Source: a virus
Taxonomy: Duplodnaviria > Caudoviricetes
Strand: one strand, 5' to 3'
DNA: 25,469 nt
IMG/VR virus record: IMGVR_UViG_3300050162_000127
Span: 1 to 25,469 of that record
In this document: piece by piece, positions 1-7,198 of the stretch
Layout: each line of letters opens with the position of its first letter
Numbering within the stretch: the stretch's first letter is position 1
Made by a program: the position numbers and the translations under genes
Notes under the pieces: model-generated
Databases searched by the model: none
What the model was told of the DNA's origin: nothing
The model's input: only the letters and a program-made list of their open reading frames with translations

Positions 1-316
1 AGGCTACAGAGGCACCGCCACGGCAGGCGACGGAGGCACCGCCACGGCAGGCTACAGAGGCACCGCCACGGCAGGCGACGGAGGCACCGCCACGGCAGGC
101 TACAGAGGCACCGCCACGGCAGGCGACGGAGGCACCGCCACGGCAGGCGCACTCGGCAACGCCACGGCAGGCGCACTCGGCGAACTTTGCATCCGCTATT
201 GGGACTCAAAAGCCAACCGCTACCGCACCGCTATTGCATACGTTGGCGAGGACGGTATTGAGGCAAATGTTGCCTACCGTCTGGACGATCAACACAAGTT
301 TAAGAAGGTGGCGTGA
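1..316 (+). CDS. 5'-truncated phage protein with octapeptide repeats (GTATAGxx), likely beta-solenoid
   Basis: Not in the ORF track. Frame 2 reads GYRGTATAGDGGTATAGYRG...GELCIRYWDSKANRYRTAIAYVGEDGIEANVAYRLDDQHKFKKVA, with TGA at 314-316. I recognise the C-terminal VGEDGI..YRL tail from similar phage repeat proteins. Confidence 0.8.
   Translation, partial: GYRGTATAGDGGTATAGYRGTATAGDGGTATAGYRGTATAGDGGTATAGALGNATAGALGELCIRYWDSKANRYRTAIAYVGEDGIEANVAYRLDDQHKFKKVA
2..181 (+). repeat. 24-bp in-frame coding tandem repeat GGCACCGCCACGGCAGGC + variable hexamer (TACAGA/GACGGA/GCACTC)
   Basis: About 7 units directly visible; period 24 nt = 8 codons. Confidence 0.95.
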
Positions 317-465
317 TGGTCAAAGTCCTTTTCTGCACTTTCGCGGGCGAGGTCTTGCGCCCCGCCTTGATCGTCAGCCGCTACCCGGCATTGCAGCGAG
401 TGCGCGTGCTGATGTTGGACACGGGCAAGCACTGCCATGTGCATCCGAATTCGATTCAAACATAG
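316..465 (+). CDS. small hypothetical protein (49 aa, MVKVLFCTFAGEVLRPALIV...)
   Basis: ATG overlaps the upstream TGA (TGATG); open to TAG 463-465, which abuts pentamer array 1. Hand-translated. Confidence 0.6.
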   Translation: MVKVLFCTFAGEVLRPALIVSRYPALQRVRVLMLDTGKHCHVHPNSIQT

Positions 466-520
466 CGCGGCCTAGCCGGGCTAGGCGTGGCGTGGCCCGT
501 CAAGACAAGACAAGGTTTTA
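464..520 (+). ncRNA. pentamer array 1 (GGY-NN units), putative guide RNA
   Basis: AGCGC GGCCT AGCCG GGCTA GGCGT GGCGT GGCCC GTCAA GACAA GACAA GGTTT TA: 11 in-phase 5-nt units, intergenic, immediately upstream of the RBS (GAGAGGA) of the RAMP-like gene. The repeat is seen; RNA function is inferred. Confidence 0.75.
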
Positions 521-533
521 ACGAGAGGAAATC

Positions 534-1091
534 ATGAAAACAGCAACCGTATCAATCAAAAGTGTTTCCCCTTACAGCCAGTCGAAGCACTACACGACTG
601 AGAAGCTTCCCAAGGAGCTTGCAAAAGACTATGAGGCGCGCACATGGCAAGACCGCCTGCACTCCACCGAAGATGGAAACGTCTTCATCCCCCCTATGAG
701 CTTCAAGAACTGCCTGAGCGAAGCGGCTAAGTTCTTGAGCGTCCAGATCCCCGGCAAAGGCAAGTCCACATACACAAAGCACTTTGAAGCTGGTGTGCTG
801 GTGACTGATGCCCTTGTCCTACCCATCAAAAAAGATGCCGTGAAAGGCGAGTGGCTTTTTGTCCCATCTGACGGCATTCGCGGGTCTGGCAAGCGAGTTG
901 AAAAGTGCTTCCCCGTCATACATGACTGGTCGGGTGAAGTGGTCTTCCATGTGTTGGACGAAACGATCACAGAAGACGTGTTCAAGCACCACCTTGAGCA
1001 AGCGGGGGCGTTCATTGGCATTGGCCGATTCCGCCCGCGCAACAACGGATTTTATGGGCGCTTCAAGGTTGAGGCGCTGAACTGGAATTGA
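534..1091 (+). CDS. stand-alone RAMP/Cas7-like RNA-binding protein (Vipr-like effector candidate)
   Basis: 185 aa with three RAMP hallmarks in order: N-terminal strand ending in SP (TVSIKSVSPY), FIPPMSFKNCLSEAA (cf. RAMP IPGSSxKGxxR), and a C-terminal Gly-rich loop GIGRFRPRNNGFYGRFKV (cf. GxG...GxGR). Good RBS; flanked by pentamer arrays. Confidence 0.8.
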   Translation: MKTATVSIKSVSPYSQSKHYTTEKLPKELAKDYEARTWQDRLHSTEDGNVFIPPMSFKNCLSEAAKFLSVQIPGKGKSTYTKHFEAGVLVTDALVLPIKKDAVKGEWLFVPSDGIRGSGKRVEKCFPVIHDWSGEVVFHVLDETITEDVFKHHLEQAGAFIGIGRFRPRNNGFYGRFKVEALNWN

Positions 1092-1095
1092 TTCT

Positions 1096-1160
1096 GGCGG
1101 GGTGGGGCAAGGCCAGGCACGGCAAGGCCCGGCTCGGCATGACAAGACAAGACAAGACAA
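1096..1160 (+). ncRNA. pentamer array 2 (GGY-NN units), putative guide RNA
   Basis: GGCGG GGTGG GGCAA GGCCA GGCAC GGCAA GGCCC GGCTC GGCAT then GACAA x4: 13 in-phase units, separated by 4 nt from the RAMP-gene stop. Confidence 0.8.
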
Positions 1161-1164
1161 GAGC

Positions 1165-1210
1165 TGTTTACAGCCGGTCGCCCATCACGGTGGGCTTCCG
1201 GGTGGAAACA
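1165..1210 (+). other. long imperfect hairpin between arrays 2 and 3 (possible processing site)
   Basis: TGTTTACAGCCGG-TC-GCCCAT-CACG-GTGGGC-TT-CCGGGTGGAAACA folds into one stem with two mismatches and a 2x2 internal loop. No U-tract follows. Confidence 0.6.
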
Positions 1211-1211
1211 C

Positions 1212-1268
1212 CGCTTGGCGCAGCAAGTCCCGGCTGGACGTGGCTTGGCAGGACAAGACAAGGTTTTA
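1212..1268 (+). ncRNA. pentamer array 3 (more degenerate GGY-NN units), putative guide RNA
   Basis: CGCTT GGCGC AGCAA GTCCC GGCTG GACGT GGCTT GGCAG GACAA GACAA GGTTT TA; the 3' end GACAAGACAAGGTTTTA is identical to that of array 1. Confidence 0.75.
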
Positions 1269-1282
1269 CTTTAAAGGACGAC

Positions 1283-1783
1283 ATGAGCAACCAACCTGAA
1301 TTCAGATTGAGCAGCGATTCAAAGGCGCTTGCCAAGATGCTCATTGCATCTGGCCCCGGAGAAGTTGTGCTCTACGAAGACTTGGATAAAGCGATTGGCC
1401 GAGATGTACGTGAAGCCGCATCTGGCGCGCTTCATACGGCACGACACATTGCGCAGCGCGAACATCGCATGGTTTTTGATGCGGTGCGCGGCGTGGGTCT
1501 CAAGCGTCTTGCTGACAGCGAGATTGTTGACCTTGCAGACAAGGCTCGTGATCACGCCCGCCGACATGCGTCACGCACAGCCAAGAAGTTGACTTGCGTT
1601 GATTACGACGCCCTATCTAAAGACAAGCAGACCAAGCACAACGCCGCTCTATCCATGTTCTCCGTCATGGCCGAGCTTTCGACCGACAAGGCTCAAAAGC
1701 GCCTTGAGAGCAAGGTCAAAGACGCGGATGCGCAACTTCCAAATGCAAAGGCCGCGATTGAGGCCCTGGGGGCGGTTCTATGA
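1283..1783 (+). CDS. putative accessory protein of the RAMP/pentamer module (N-terminal winged-HTH-like region, helical C-terminus)
   Basis: ATG 1283 follows RBS AAGGA; 166 aa. GEVVLYEDLDKAIGRDVR...AVRGVGLKRL resembles a wHTH with wing. The ORF-track start at 1088 only adds translated repeats. Confidence 0.65.
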   Translation: MSNQPEFRLSSDSKALAKMLIASGPGEVVLYEDLDKAIGRDVREAASGALHTARHIAQREHRMVFDAVRGVGLKRLADSEIVDLADKARDHARRHASRTAKKLTCVDYDALSKDKQTKHNAALSMFSVMAELSTDKAQKRLESKVKDADAQLPNAKAAIEALGAVL

Positions 1784-2148
1784 AATGCCGCCTATCAACC
1801 CGCGTCCAGCTTGTCGCCTTCATTGCCATTTCGTATGCAGTGACCGCCACCCTGATCGCTGCCCTCGTACTCGCTATTCAAGTGGCCCACGCGGCCTATG
1901 TGGAGCAAACCGTGTGCATTGACCCCTGCCTTGAACAAGCCCCCAAGGATCACATTGACGTGCTTCTTGATCGCATCGAAGAAGCGCACAACTACGTTGC
2001 TCTGCACACGCGCCGTGGGCAGCAGGCGGTGCGCGAGGCTGGCATCAAGTCGCCTCCTTTTGATCGCAACTCACCCGTCATGCAGCAACTGATTCAAGCC
2101 CTGACCATCCTTGCCCCACTGGCAGAAATGGCTGGCCCGAATGGATGA
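1780..2148 (+). CDS. hypothetical protein with N-terminal transmembrane helix
   Basis: ATGA overlap with the upstream gene; hydrophobic stretch LVAFIAISYAVTATLIAALVLAI. Confidence 0.65.
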   Translation: MKCRLSTRVQLVAFIAISYAVTATLIAALVLAIQVAHAAYVEQTVCIDPCLEQAPKDHIDVLLDRIEEAHNYVALHTRRGQQAVREAGIKSPPFDRNSPVMQQLIQALTILAPLAEMAGPNG

Positions 2149-2293
2149 GCTTGGAGGGCTGACCTTTGGCGAAGAGTTGGCCCAGACCATCGCCGCACAC
2201 GTCGCCATGATCGCTGCTTTCTTTGCGGTCCTGGCTTGGTATGGAGTCACACCACTTGATGCGATCAAGTTGGTTTTGAGGGGGATTTTATGA
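2141..2293 (+). CDS. small membrane protein (50 aa)
   Basis: ATG 2141; hydrophobic VAMIAAFFAVLAWYGV; stop overlaps the next ATG. Confidence 0.55.
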   Translation: MDELGGLTFGEELAQTIAAHVAMIAAFFAVLAWYGVTPLDAIKLVLRGIL

Positions 2294-3078
2294 GCGCAAT
2301 CACCATGATCGAAAACGATGTGATCGAGGCACAAGATGCCGCATCGCATCCCGTGCCAGCCACGGCACAAACGCAAGCCTTGAGCGTGCCTGACAACTCG
2401 CCAGCGGGGATGATGATGTCTCTGCTTGGGCGCGGTGCCACGCTGGACCAGATCGAAAAGATGATGGGCCTGCAAGAGCGATACGAGGCCAACGAGGCGC
2501 GCAAGGCGTACACGGATGACATGGCCCGCGCCAAGCAATCGCCGCCCACGATCAGCAAGGACAAGTTCGTCAGTTTCCAGACCCAAAAGGGCGTCACCGA
2601 GTACACCCACGCCACGCTGGGTAATGTGGTGCGCAACATCGTTGCATGGCTTGCTGACCACCGATTCAGTCACGCATGGCGAACCGAGCACTTGGAAGGT
2701 GGGCGCATTGCCGTTACCTGCACCCTGACCCACGCCATGGGCCACAGCGAAAGCGTTTCCATGGAAGCCAGCAAGGATGACTCAGGCGGCAAGAACAACA
2801 TTCAAGCTGTTGGATCTGCCATCACATACCTGCAACGCTACACGCTGCTGGCAATCACGGGCCTGGCCACCGAAGACCAGGACGACGATGGCGCCGGAGC
2901 CGAGCCCCAAGAGGCGGAAGACGAAACTCTGATCCAGTTCCGCAACGCCGCGATGCTGGGTGAAAAAGCCCTGCGCAGCATGTACGACCGCAACGTGCCC
3001 ACAGAGGAATTCTGGAAGAAGCACGGGCGATCACTCAAGGATGCCGCGAAGAAGGCAGATCAGGAGCGCGCGCAATGA
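2290..3078 (+). CDS. ERF-family single-strand annealing protein (phage recombinase)
   Basis: ERF signature GSAITYLQRYTLLAITGLATEDQDDDG, preceded by VTCTLTHAMGHSE; paired with an exonuclease gene. Confidence 0.92.
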   Translation: MSAITMIENDVIEAQDAASHPVPATAQTQALSVPDNSPAGMMMSLLGRGATLDQIEKMMGLQERYEANEARKAYTDDMARAKQSPPTISKDKFVSFQTQKGVTEYTHATLGNVVRNIVAWLADHRFSHAWRTEHLEGGRIAVTCTLTHAMGHSESVSMEASKDDSGGKNNIQAVGSAITYLQRYTLLAITGLATEDQDDDGAGAEPQEAEDETLIQFRNAAMLGEKALRSMYDRNVPTEEFWKKHGRSLKDAAKKADQERAQ

Positions 3079-3854
3079 TCATCTTGAACCACCCACAGGG
3101 CTCTGAGGATTGGTTGCAAGCGCGCGTAGGGGCCTGCACAGCCTCACGGTTCACCGATGCGCGCGGCAAACTCAGCAAGGCCAGCAAAAACGGCAATGCA
3201 GGCGACACAAACGGCGATGCCATCAAGTATGCCTGGCTGATCGCCATGGAAACAATCGCCCGCAAGCCGCTGGACGATACGTTTGTGACCTACGCCATGC
3301 GCCGAGGCCGCGACCTTGAGCCGCAAGCGCGCGCGATCTATGAGCGCCGCACCGGCGCGTGGATTGATGAGGTCAGCTTGATCCTCACGGATGACGAGCG
3401 TTTCGGCTACTCGGCTGATGGCTTTCGTGATGACGATGGCCTGATCGAAATCAAGTGCCCCAGGGCTGCTGACAAGTTGGGCCAAGTCTGGGAGCACCCT
3501 GAAACGGCTCATCTTGAGTACATCGACCAGATCAACGGCGGGCTTTGGATCACGGGCCGCAAGTATTGCGACCTGATCGTTTACTGCGACTGGCTGGCCC
3601 CTGTTGGCAAGGATCTTTTCGTCAAGCGCATCTATCGGGATGAGGCTGCGATTGAAGCTCTTGAGTCGGACTTGCTTTCCTTCATTCGCATGGTTGACAA
3701 GTACCTGGCCATTTTGCGGGCGCCCACAAAGATGTCAGGCGCACCCGCCGAGAGTCCCGAGCCCGCGCAGTCAATCGCTCCACCTTGGGAAGCGCCCGCC
3801 TTGCCTGCCGCAACTGGCGCCGCAACTTTGCCTGAAAACATCTTCGCTTTCTGA
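3075..3854 (+). CDS. YqaJ / lambda-exonuclease-family recombination nuclease
   Basis: QGSEDWLQARVG..TASRF, MRRGRDLEPQAR, YSADG, LIEIKCP, Y..QI.G.LWITGR motifs. Confidence 0.93.
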   Translation: MIILNHPQGSEDWLQARVGACTASRFTDARGKLSKASKNGNAGDTNGDAIKYAWLIAMETIARKPLDDTFVTYAMRRGRDLEPQARAIYERRTGAWIDEVSLILTDDERFGYSADGFRDDDGLIEIKCPRAADKLGQVWEHPETAHLEYIDQINGGLWITGRKYCDLIVYCDWLAPVGKDLFVKRIYRDEAAIEALESDLLSFIRMVDKYLAILRAPTKMSGAPAESPEPAQSIAPPWEAPALPAATGAATLPENIFAF

Positions 3855-3860
3855 GAACGT

Positions 3861-4271
3861 ATGACCCCATCAGAACAGATCAAAGCCGCGCTTGATGCGG
3901 GGCCGACAGAAGGCCCGTGGCTGGTGTATCCAGACCGTTTGATGCGTGTTGTGGATGCGCTGGACAACACCATTACATCAACGGGATGCACCGACAGTAT
4001 CCGCGACCAGTGGGAAGTAAACGCCGCATACATCGCCGCCTGCAACCCCGCCAACATCCGCGCCCTGCTTGTCGAACGCTCCACCCTCATTGAGCAGACC
4101 CGTCAACAAGCCCTGTCGATCATCTCAATTGATGGGCAGGCGCAAACAATGATGGGCGCCATCGTTGCGTTTTGCCGGGTGCAGCAATCAGCAGACCAGG
4201 CATGGCGAGAGCAGCCACATGTCGCGCCGCTTTTTGAGATTGCCCGTGCAGCACAGGAGGCCGCGAAATGA
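3861..4271 (+). CDS. Ead/Ea22-like phage early protein
   Basis: PTEGPW...NAAYIAACNPANIRALL motif. Confidence 0.75.
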   Translation: MTPSEQIKAALDAGPTEGPWLVYPDRLMRVVDALDNTITSTGCTDSIRDQWEVNAAYIAACNPANIRALLVERSTLIEQTRQQALSIISIDGQAQTMMGAIVAFCRVQQSADQAWREQPHVAPLFEIARAAQEAAK

Positions 4272-5008
4272 GTGCATCACATACCCTGCCGCCGCTGCCT
4301 GAGCTTGACGCCATTGCATCCACTGTGATGCGTATTGTTGGCCTGCAAAAAGGCGCCGCCCGGCACGTCGCCGAAATCACACTCGAATACATGGCGCAAG
4401 ACCGCGCTGCCCTCGCATCCACCGCAGCAGTGCAAGCCGCCCTGTCCAGCCAGGCGCCCGCAGCCTTGCATGAAACCGACATCTACGACTTCGCGGGCTG
4501 GCTCACGACACGCCCCGGCGTGATGCCTGTGGGCTCAACTTCTGAGGCTGGCCCGATGGCTGAGGCTGTCGGCGAGTACATCAAGACCTACCCCGAGCGT
4601 TTCGCAGCCCTGCAATCCCGCCAGCCTGCCGTACCTGTGGCGCCTGTGGCTGCGGCTGCGGTGCAGGAGGGGTGGCGACTGGTGCCGGTGGAGTTTATTC
4701 GAGGCGTCACCACACTGGCGCACAACTACTCACTCAAGGCCGAGGTGACCTGTTATTACCAAGGGGTAGAGCGTGATGCGTTCAGTGCCGCCTATGCCCA
4801 TTGCGGCCAGGATCTCGCCAAGGTGGTCGCCATGCTCCAAGCCTCCCCCACCCCGCCAGTGCAGCCAGACCCATTGCAAGGAGCTGCCAATTGGCTGGCA
4901 GAGGCTATTGAAGGGTGCCAAGCATCAGACATCGCGGGCCGCTTGAGCATTGGCCACAACCGTGCATCGCGGCTGCTCACCGCCGCCCAGGCAGAAGGGG
5001 GGCGCTGA
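4268..5008 (+). CDS. mosaic hypothetical protein with C-terminal FtsK-gamma-like HTH
   Basis: Ala/Pro/Gln linkers between modules; C-terminal SDIAGRLSIGHNRASRLL resembles FtsK-gamma (SxLQRxLRIGYNRAARL). Confidence 0.65.
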   Translation: MSASHTLPPLPELDAIASTVMRIVGLQKGAARHVAEITLEYMAQDRAALASTAAVQAALSSQAPAALHETDIYDFAGWLTTRPGVMPVGSTSEAGPMAEAVGEYIKTYPERFAALQSRQPAVPVAPVAAAAVQEGWRLVPVEFIRGVTTLAHNYSLKAEVTCYYQGVERDAFSAAYAHCGQDLAKVVAMLQASPTPPVQPDPLQGAANWLAEAIEGCQASDIAGRLSIGHNRASRLLTAAQAEGGR

Positions 5009-5009
5009 G

Positions 5010-5195
5010 ATGGCATACCACCACGACTACGACAACGAGCCAATCGGAGGCGGGAACCCGTACTACCGATGCGCTCACTGTAAGCGGTCAGATCCCGAAA
5101 TCAACGGACGCATTAAGGGGCACGAATCATGGTGCCCCTACCGTTTGAAGAAGGAAGCTGAAACCGCCACCACCCAGGAGCCCAGCCATGAGTGA
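5010..5195 (+). CDS. small putative Zn-binding protein (61 aa)
   Basis: ATG 5010 directly after the upstream stop; CAHC...H..WC pattern. Confidence 0.65.
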   Translation: MAYHHDYDNEPIGGGNPYYRCAHCKRSDPEINGRIKGHESWCPYRLKKEAETATTQEPSHE

Positions 5196-5292
5196 CCCCA
5201 TCGGCGCGCTGATCGTCTTCGTTGTTGGCGCCGTGTGCGGCATCGCCACATTCATCGCTGGCGTCTTGTTTTACAAGGACAGCATCAAATGA
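5188..5292 (+). CDS. tiny single-TM protein (34 aa, MSDPIGALIVFVVGAVCGIATFIAGVLFYKDSIK)
   Basis: RBS AGGAG, ATG 5188; TGA overlaps the next ATG; fills the operon gap. Hand-translated. Confidence 0.6.
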   Translation: MSDPIGALIVFVVGAVCGIATFIAGVLFYKDSIK

Positions 5293-6479
5293 CCGACCAA
5301 ACCCAACTGCTGCGCGAGGCGCTGCGTGCCCGCATGTGCGCATCGTGCCCAATCACTGACCCCGAGCAAGCCTGCTGCATGCCTGATGCCCGCGCCGCCT
5401 TCTCTGCACCTGCACAGCCCGCGAGCGGGGAGGCTGTGCCCCTCAACCACAAACAAGCCACCGGCTCGAAAAACTGCATGCAGTGCTGCGTGTCTTACAT
5501 GCTTGGCCTGCCGATAGACGCAGTGCCTGATTTTGAGCGTGAACACAATGCTCACCGCACCGCGTGGGAACTGATGGAGCAAGTCTTTGAGTGGCACGGC
5601 TGCACCGCAGAAATGTTCCCACCAACCGCAGAGATAACCGGCGACTACCTTGCGTCCGGCACGACGGATCGGGGCACAAGCCACATGGTTGTGATGCGAG
5701 GCGGAAAGCTGCTGCATGACCCGCACCCGTCAAACGCAGGGCTTGAGTTTGTCCAAGCTGTCTGGATCGTTGCCCGCAAGGCTGGTAACAACACCACCCC
5801 GCCCGCCAGCCAGGATCAGGCCGACCCATGGAAGACCGAAGCCATGGGCAAGATGAGCCGCATTGAAGAAAGCATGACTTTGCTGGCTGACAAGTTGGAG
5901 CAAGCCAGCCAGGAGCAGGCACAGCCCGCCCAGTGCGACGGCGGCACATGTGGCCTTGGTGGCTACTGCGACAAGTGCCCTAAGCAGGCACAGCCCAGCG
6001 GGGCCGCTTACTGCTGGGCTGTTAGCGGCCTGCGGTCGATGTTCCACGGCGAGTTTGCCGAGGCTGACGCACGCGACAAGGCCCGCCGATGTGGCGGCGC
6101 TGCGCAAGCGTTCCCGTTGTTCCGTGAGGCACAGCCCAGCGGGGAGGTGGTGCACCAGTGGCGCAAGCAGGGCACTGGTGGCTTCTGGTATGACGGCCAC
6201 CCGGACAACGAAGACGGCGGCGGTCCTTACGAAACGCGCACGCTCTACACCGCACCCCAGCCAGCACAGCCAGCGGTACGGGTGGCGATGACGGAAGTGA
6301 ACGATGTTGGCCTAGTCCCAAAGGTCATCACGCCATTCACGCCAGCACAGCGCCGACGCCTGTGGGAGAACAGCCCCGAGCACCACAAGGACGCGGCCAG
6401 TATCACAGGCTTTGAGCGCATCGTTACGCTGACCGAGCGCGCCCACGGCATCACCAGCAATGGGGCGACTGATGCGTGA
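5289..6479 (+). CDS. mosaic multi-module protein including a papain/C39-like peptidase module
   Basis: Start at ATGA overlap 5289. Q....NCMQCCVSYML...SHMVV....LHDP gives Q/C/H/D in the order of C39-type peptidases. Recurrent AQP(S/A) linkers. Confidence 0.7.
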   Translation: MTDQTQLLREALRARMCASCPITDPEQACCMPDARAAFSAPAQPASGEAVPLNHKQATGSKNCMQCCVSYMLGLPIDAVPDFEREHNAHRTAWELMEQVFEWHGCTAEMFPPTAEITGDYLASGTTDRGTSHMVVMRGGKLLHDPHPSNAGLEFVQAVWIVARKAGNNTTPPASQDQADPWKTEAMGKMSRIEESMTLLADKLEQASQEQAQPAQCDGGTCGLGGYCDKCPKQAQPSGAAYCWAVSGLRSMFHGEFAEADARDKARRCGGAAQAFPLFREAQPSGEVVHQWRKQGTGGFWYDGHPDNEDGGGPYETRTLYTAPQPAQPAVRVAMTEVNDVGLVPKVITPFTPAQRRRLWENSPEHHKDAASITGFERIVTLTERAHGITSNGATDA

Positions 6480-6641
6480 CTAGGCTGGTGGCTTTGCGCG
6501 TTTGATGACCAGGCGCAGCCACTCTAATCCGTGCGCGTCGATCTTGGCCCATAGGTCAGGCGGCAGGCGAATAGACCGCTGCACCAGCTTCTCGCTGTCG
6601 GGCTTTGGAGGGCGCCCACCCTTGTTTTTGGGTTGTTCCAT
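6480..6641 (-). CDS. small ribbon-helix-helix-like DNA-binding protein (53 aa)
   Basis: GGRPPKPDSEK-LVQRSIRLPPDLWAKI: GRP motif then a beta-ribbon/helix pattern. Only credible minus-strand gene in the early region; divergent from the promoter at 6671. Confidence 0.75.
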   Translation of the reverse strand: MEQPKNKGGRPPKPDSEKLVQRSIRLPPDLWAKIDAHGLEWLRLVIKRAKPPA

Positions 6642-6653
6642 GACACCAGTATA

Positions 6654-6700
6654 TGTGATGCAAAAAGGTGTTGACAAGCCGCGCGTTTCTGAATCACAAT
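6654..6700 (+). promoter_or_regulatory. sigma70-type promoter flanked by an inverted-repeat operator
   Basis: TTGACA 6671-6676, 18 nt, CACAAT 6695-6700. TGTGATGCAAAAA (6654-6666) and TTTCTGAATCACA (6686-6698) are inverted repeats matching at 11/13. Confidence 0.7.
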
Positions 6701-6735
6701 AACTCATCGAACAACGCAACAGCAAGGACAGCAAG

Positions 6736-6975
6736 ATGGCTTGGCTTATCGCTCTCGCAAACGACCACGGGGAGCCTATCCACGAGACGACGCGTGACAT
6801 CACTGACCAGGTGCTTGACGCAAGTCGCTCTGAGGCATTCGACGCCAACAGCACCGCTCAGCTTTGTGCTGCCGAAGACATCTGCTTGGACGAGCACGGC
6901 TGGACCTTCAAGTCGGCCACCGGAAAAGGTTTGCGCGACTGCAAGATCATGAACGGCACCTACTGGTGTGCCTGA
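6736..6975 (+). CDS. hypothetical protein (79 aa, acidic)
   Basis: RBS AAGGA; first ORF after the promoter. Confidence 0.65.
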   Translation: MAWLIALANDHGEPIHETTRDITDQVLDASRSEAFDANSTAQLCAAEDICLDEHGWTFKSATGKGLRDCKIMNGTYWCA

Positions 6976-6993
6976 CCCCACCCACCGGAGGAA

Positions 6994-7134
6994 ATGACAA
7001 TGACAGCCATCGAAGTCGCCTACGCCCTGAACGTGGCCGCCACAAACATCGCTTTTGGCCGCTACCTTGAGCCCGCCACTGGCGAGTGGGTGGACATTGG
7101 CGTTTCTGGCAATCGGGCGTTTTCTGTCACCTAA
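6994..7134 (+). CDS. small hypothetical protein (46 aa, MTMTAIEVAYALNV...)
   Basis: Strong RBS GGAGG; open to TAA 7132-7134. Hand-translated. Confidence 0.55.
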   Translation: MTMTAIEVAYALNVAATNIAFGRYLEPATGEWVDIGVSGNRAFSVT

Positions 7135-7198
7135 CCCCACGAGCCCGGCACACCACCGGGCCGCAGCCTGACCACCCCAAACCATGAGAGCAGAGACT

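Noticed and set aside
1-181. Possible CRISPR array (regular repeats near a Cas7-like gene)
   Set aside because: The period is 24 nt with only 6 variable nt, and it is in frame within a protein; a coding repeat, not repeat-spacer.
234-521. 95-aa ORF from the track
   Set aside because: Overlaps two better, translationally coupled ORFs (1-316, 316-465), and its end is merely translated array 1.
1096-1160. Ordinary microsatellite explanation for the arrays
   Set aside because: Only the GACAA tail is homogeneous. The GGY units differ at positions 4-5 while keeping phase, and the design recurs three times around one gene.
1088-1299. N-terminal extension of the 231-aa ORF and the 65-aa ORF 1102-1299
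   Set aside because: Translations of the pentamer arrays (ARHGK/QDKTR periodicity). The true start is more likely ATG 1283, which has an RBS.
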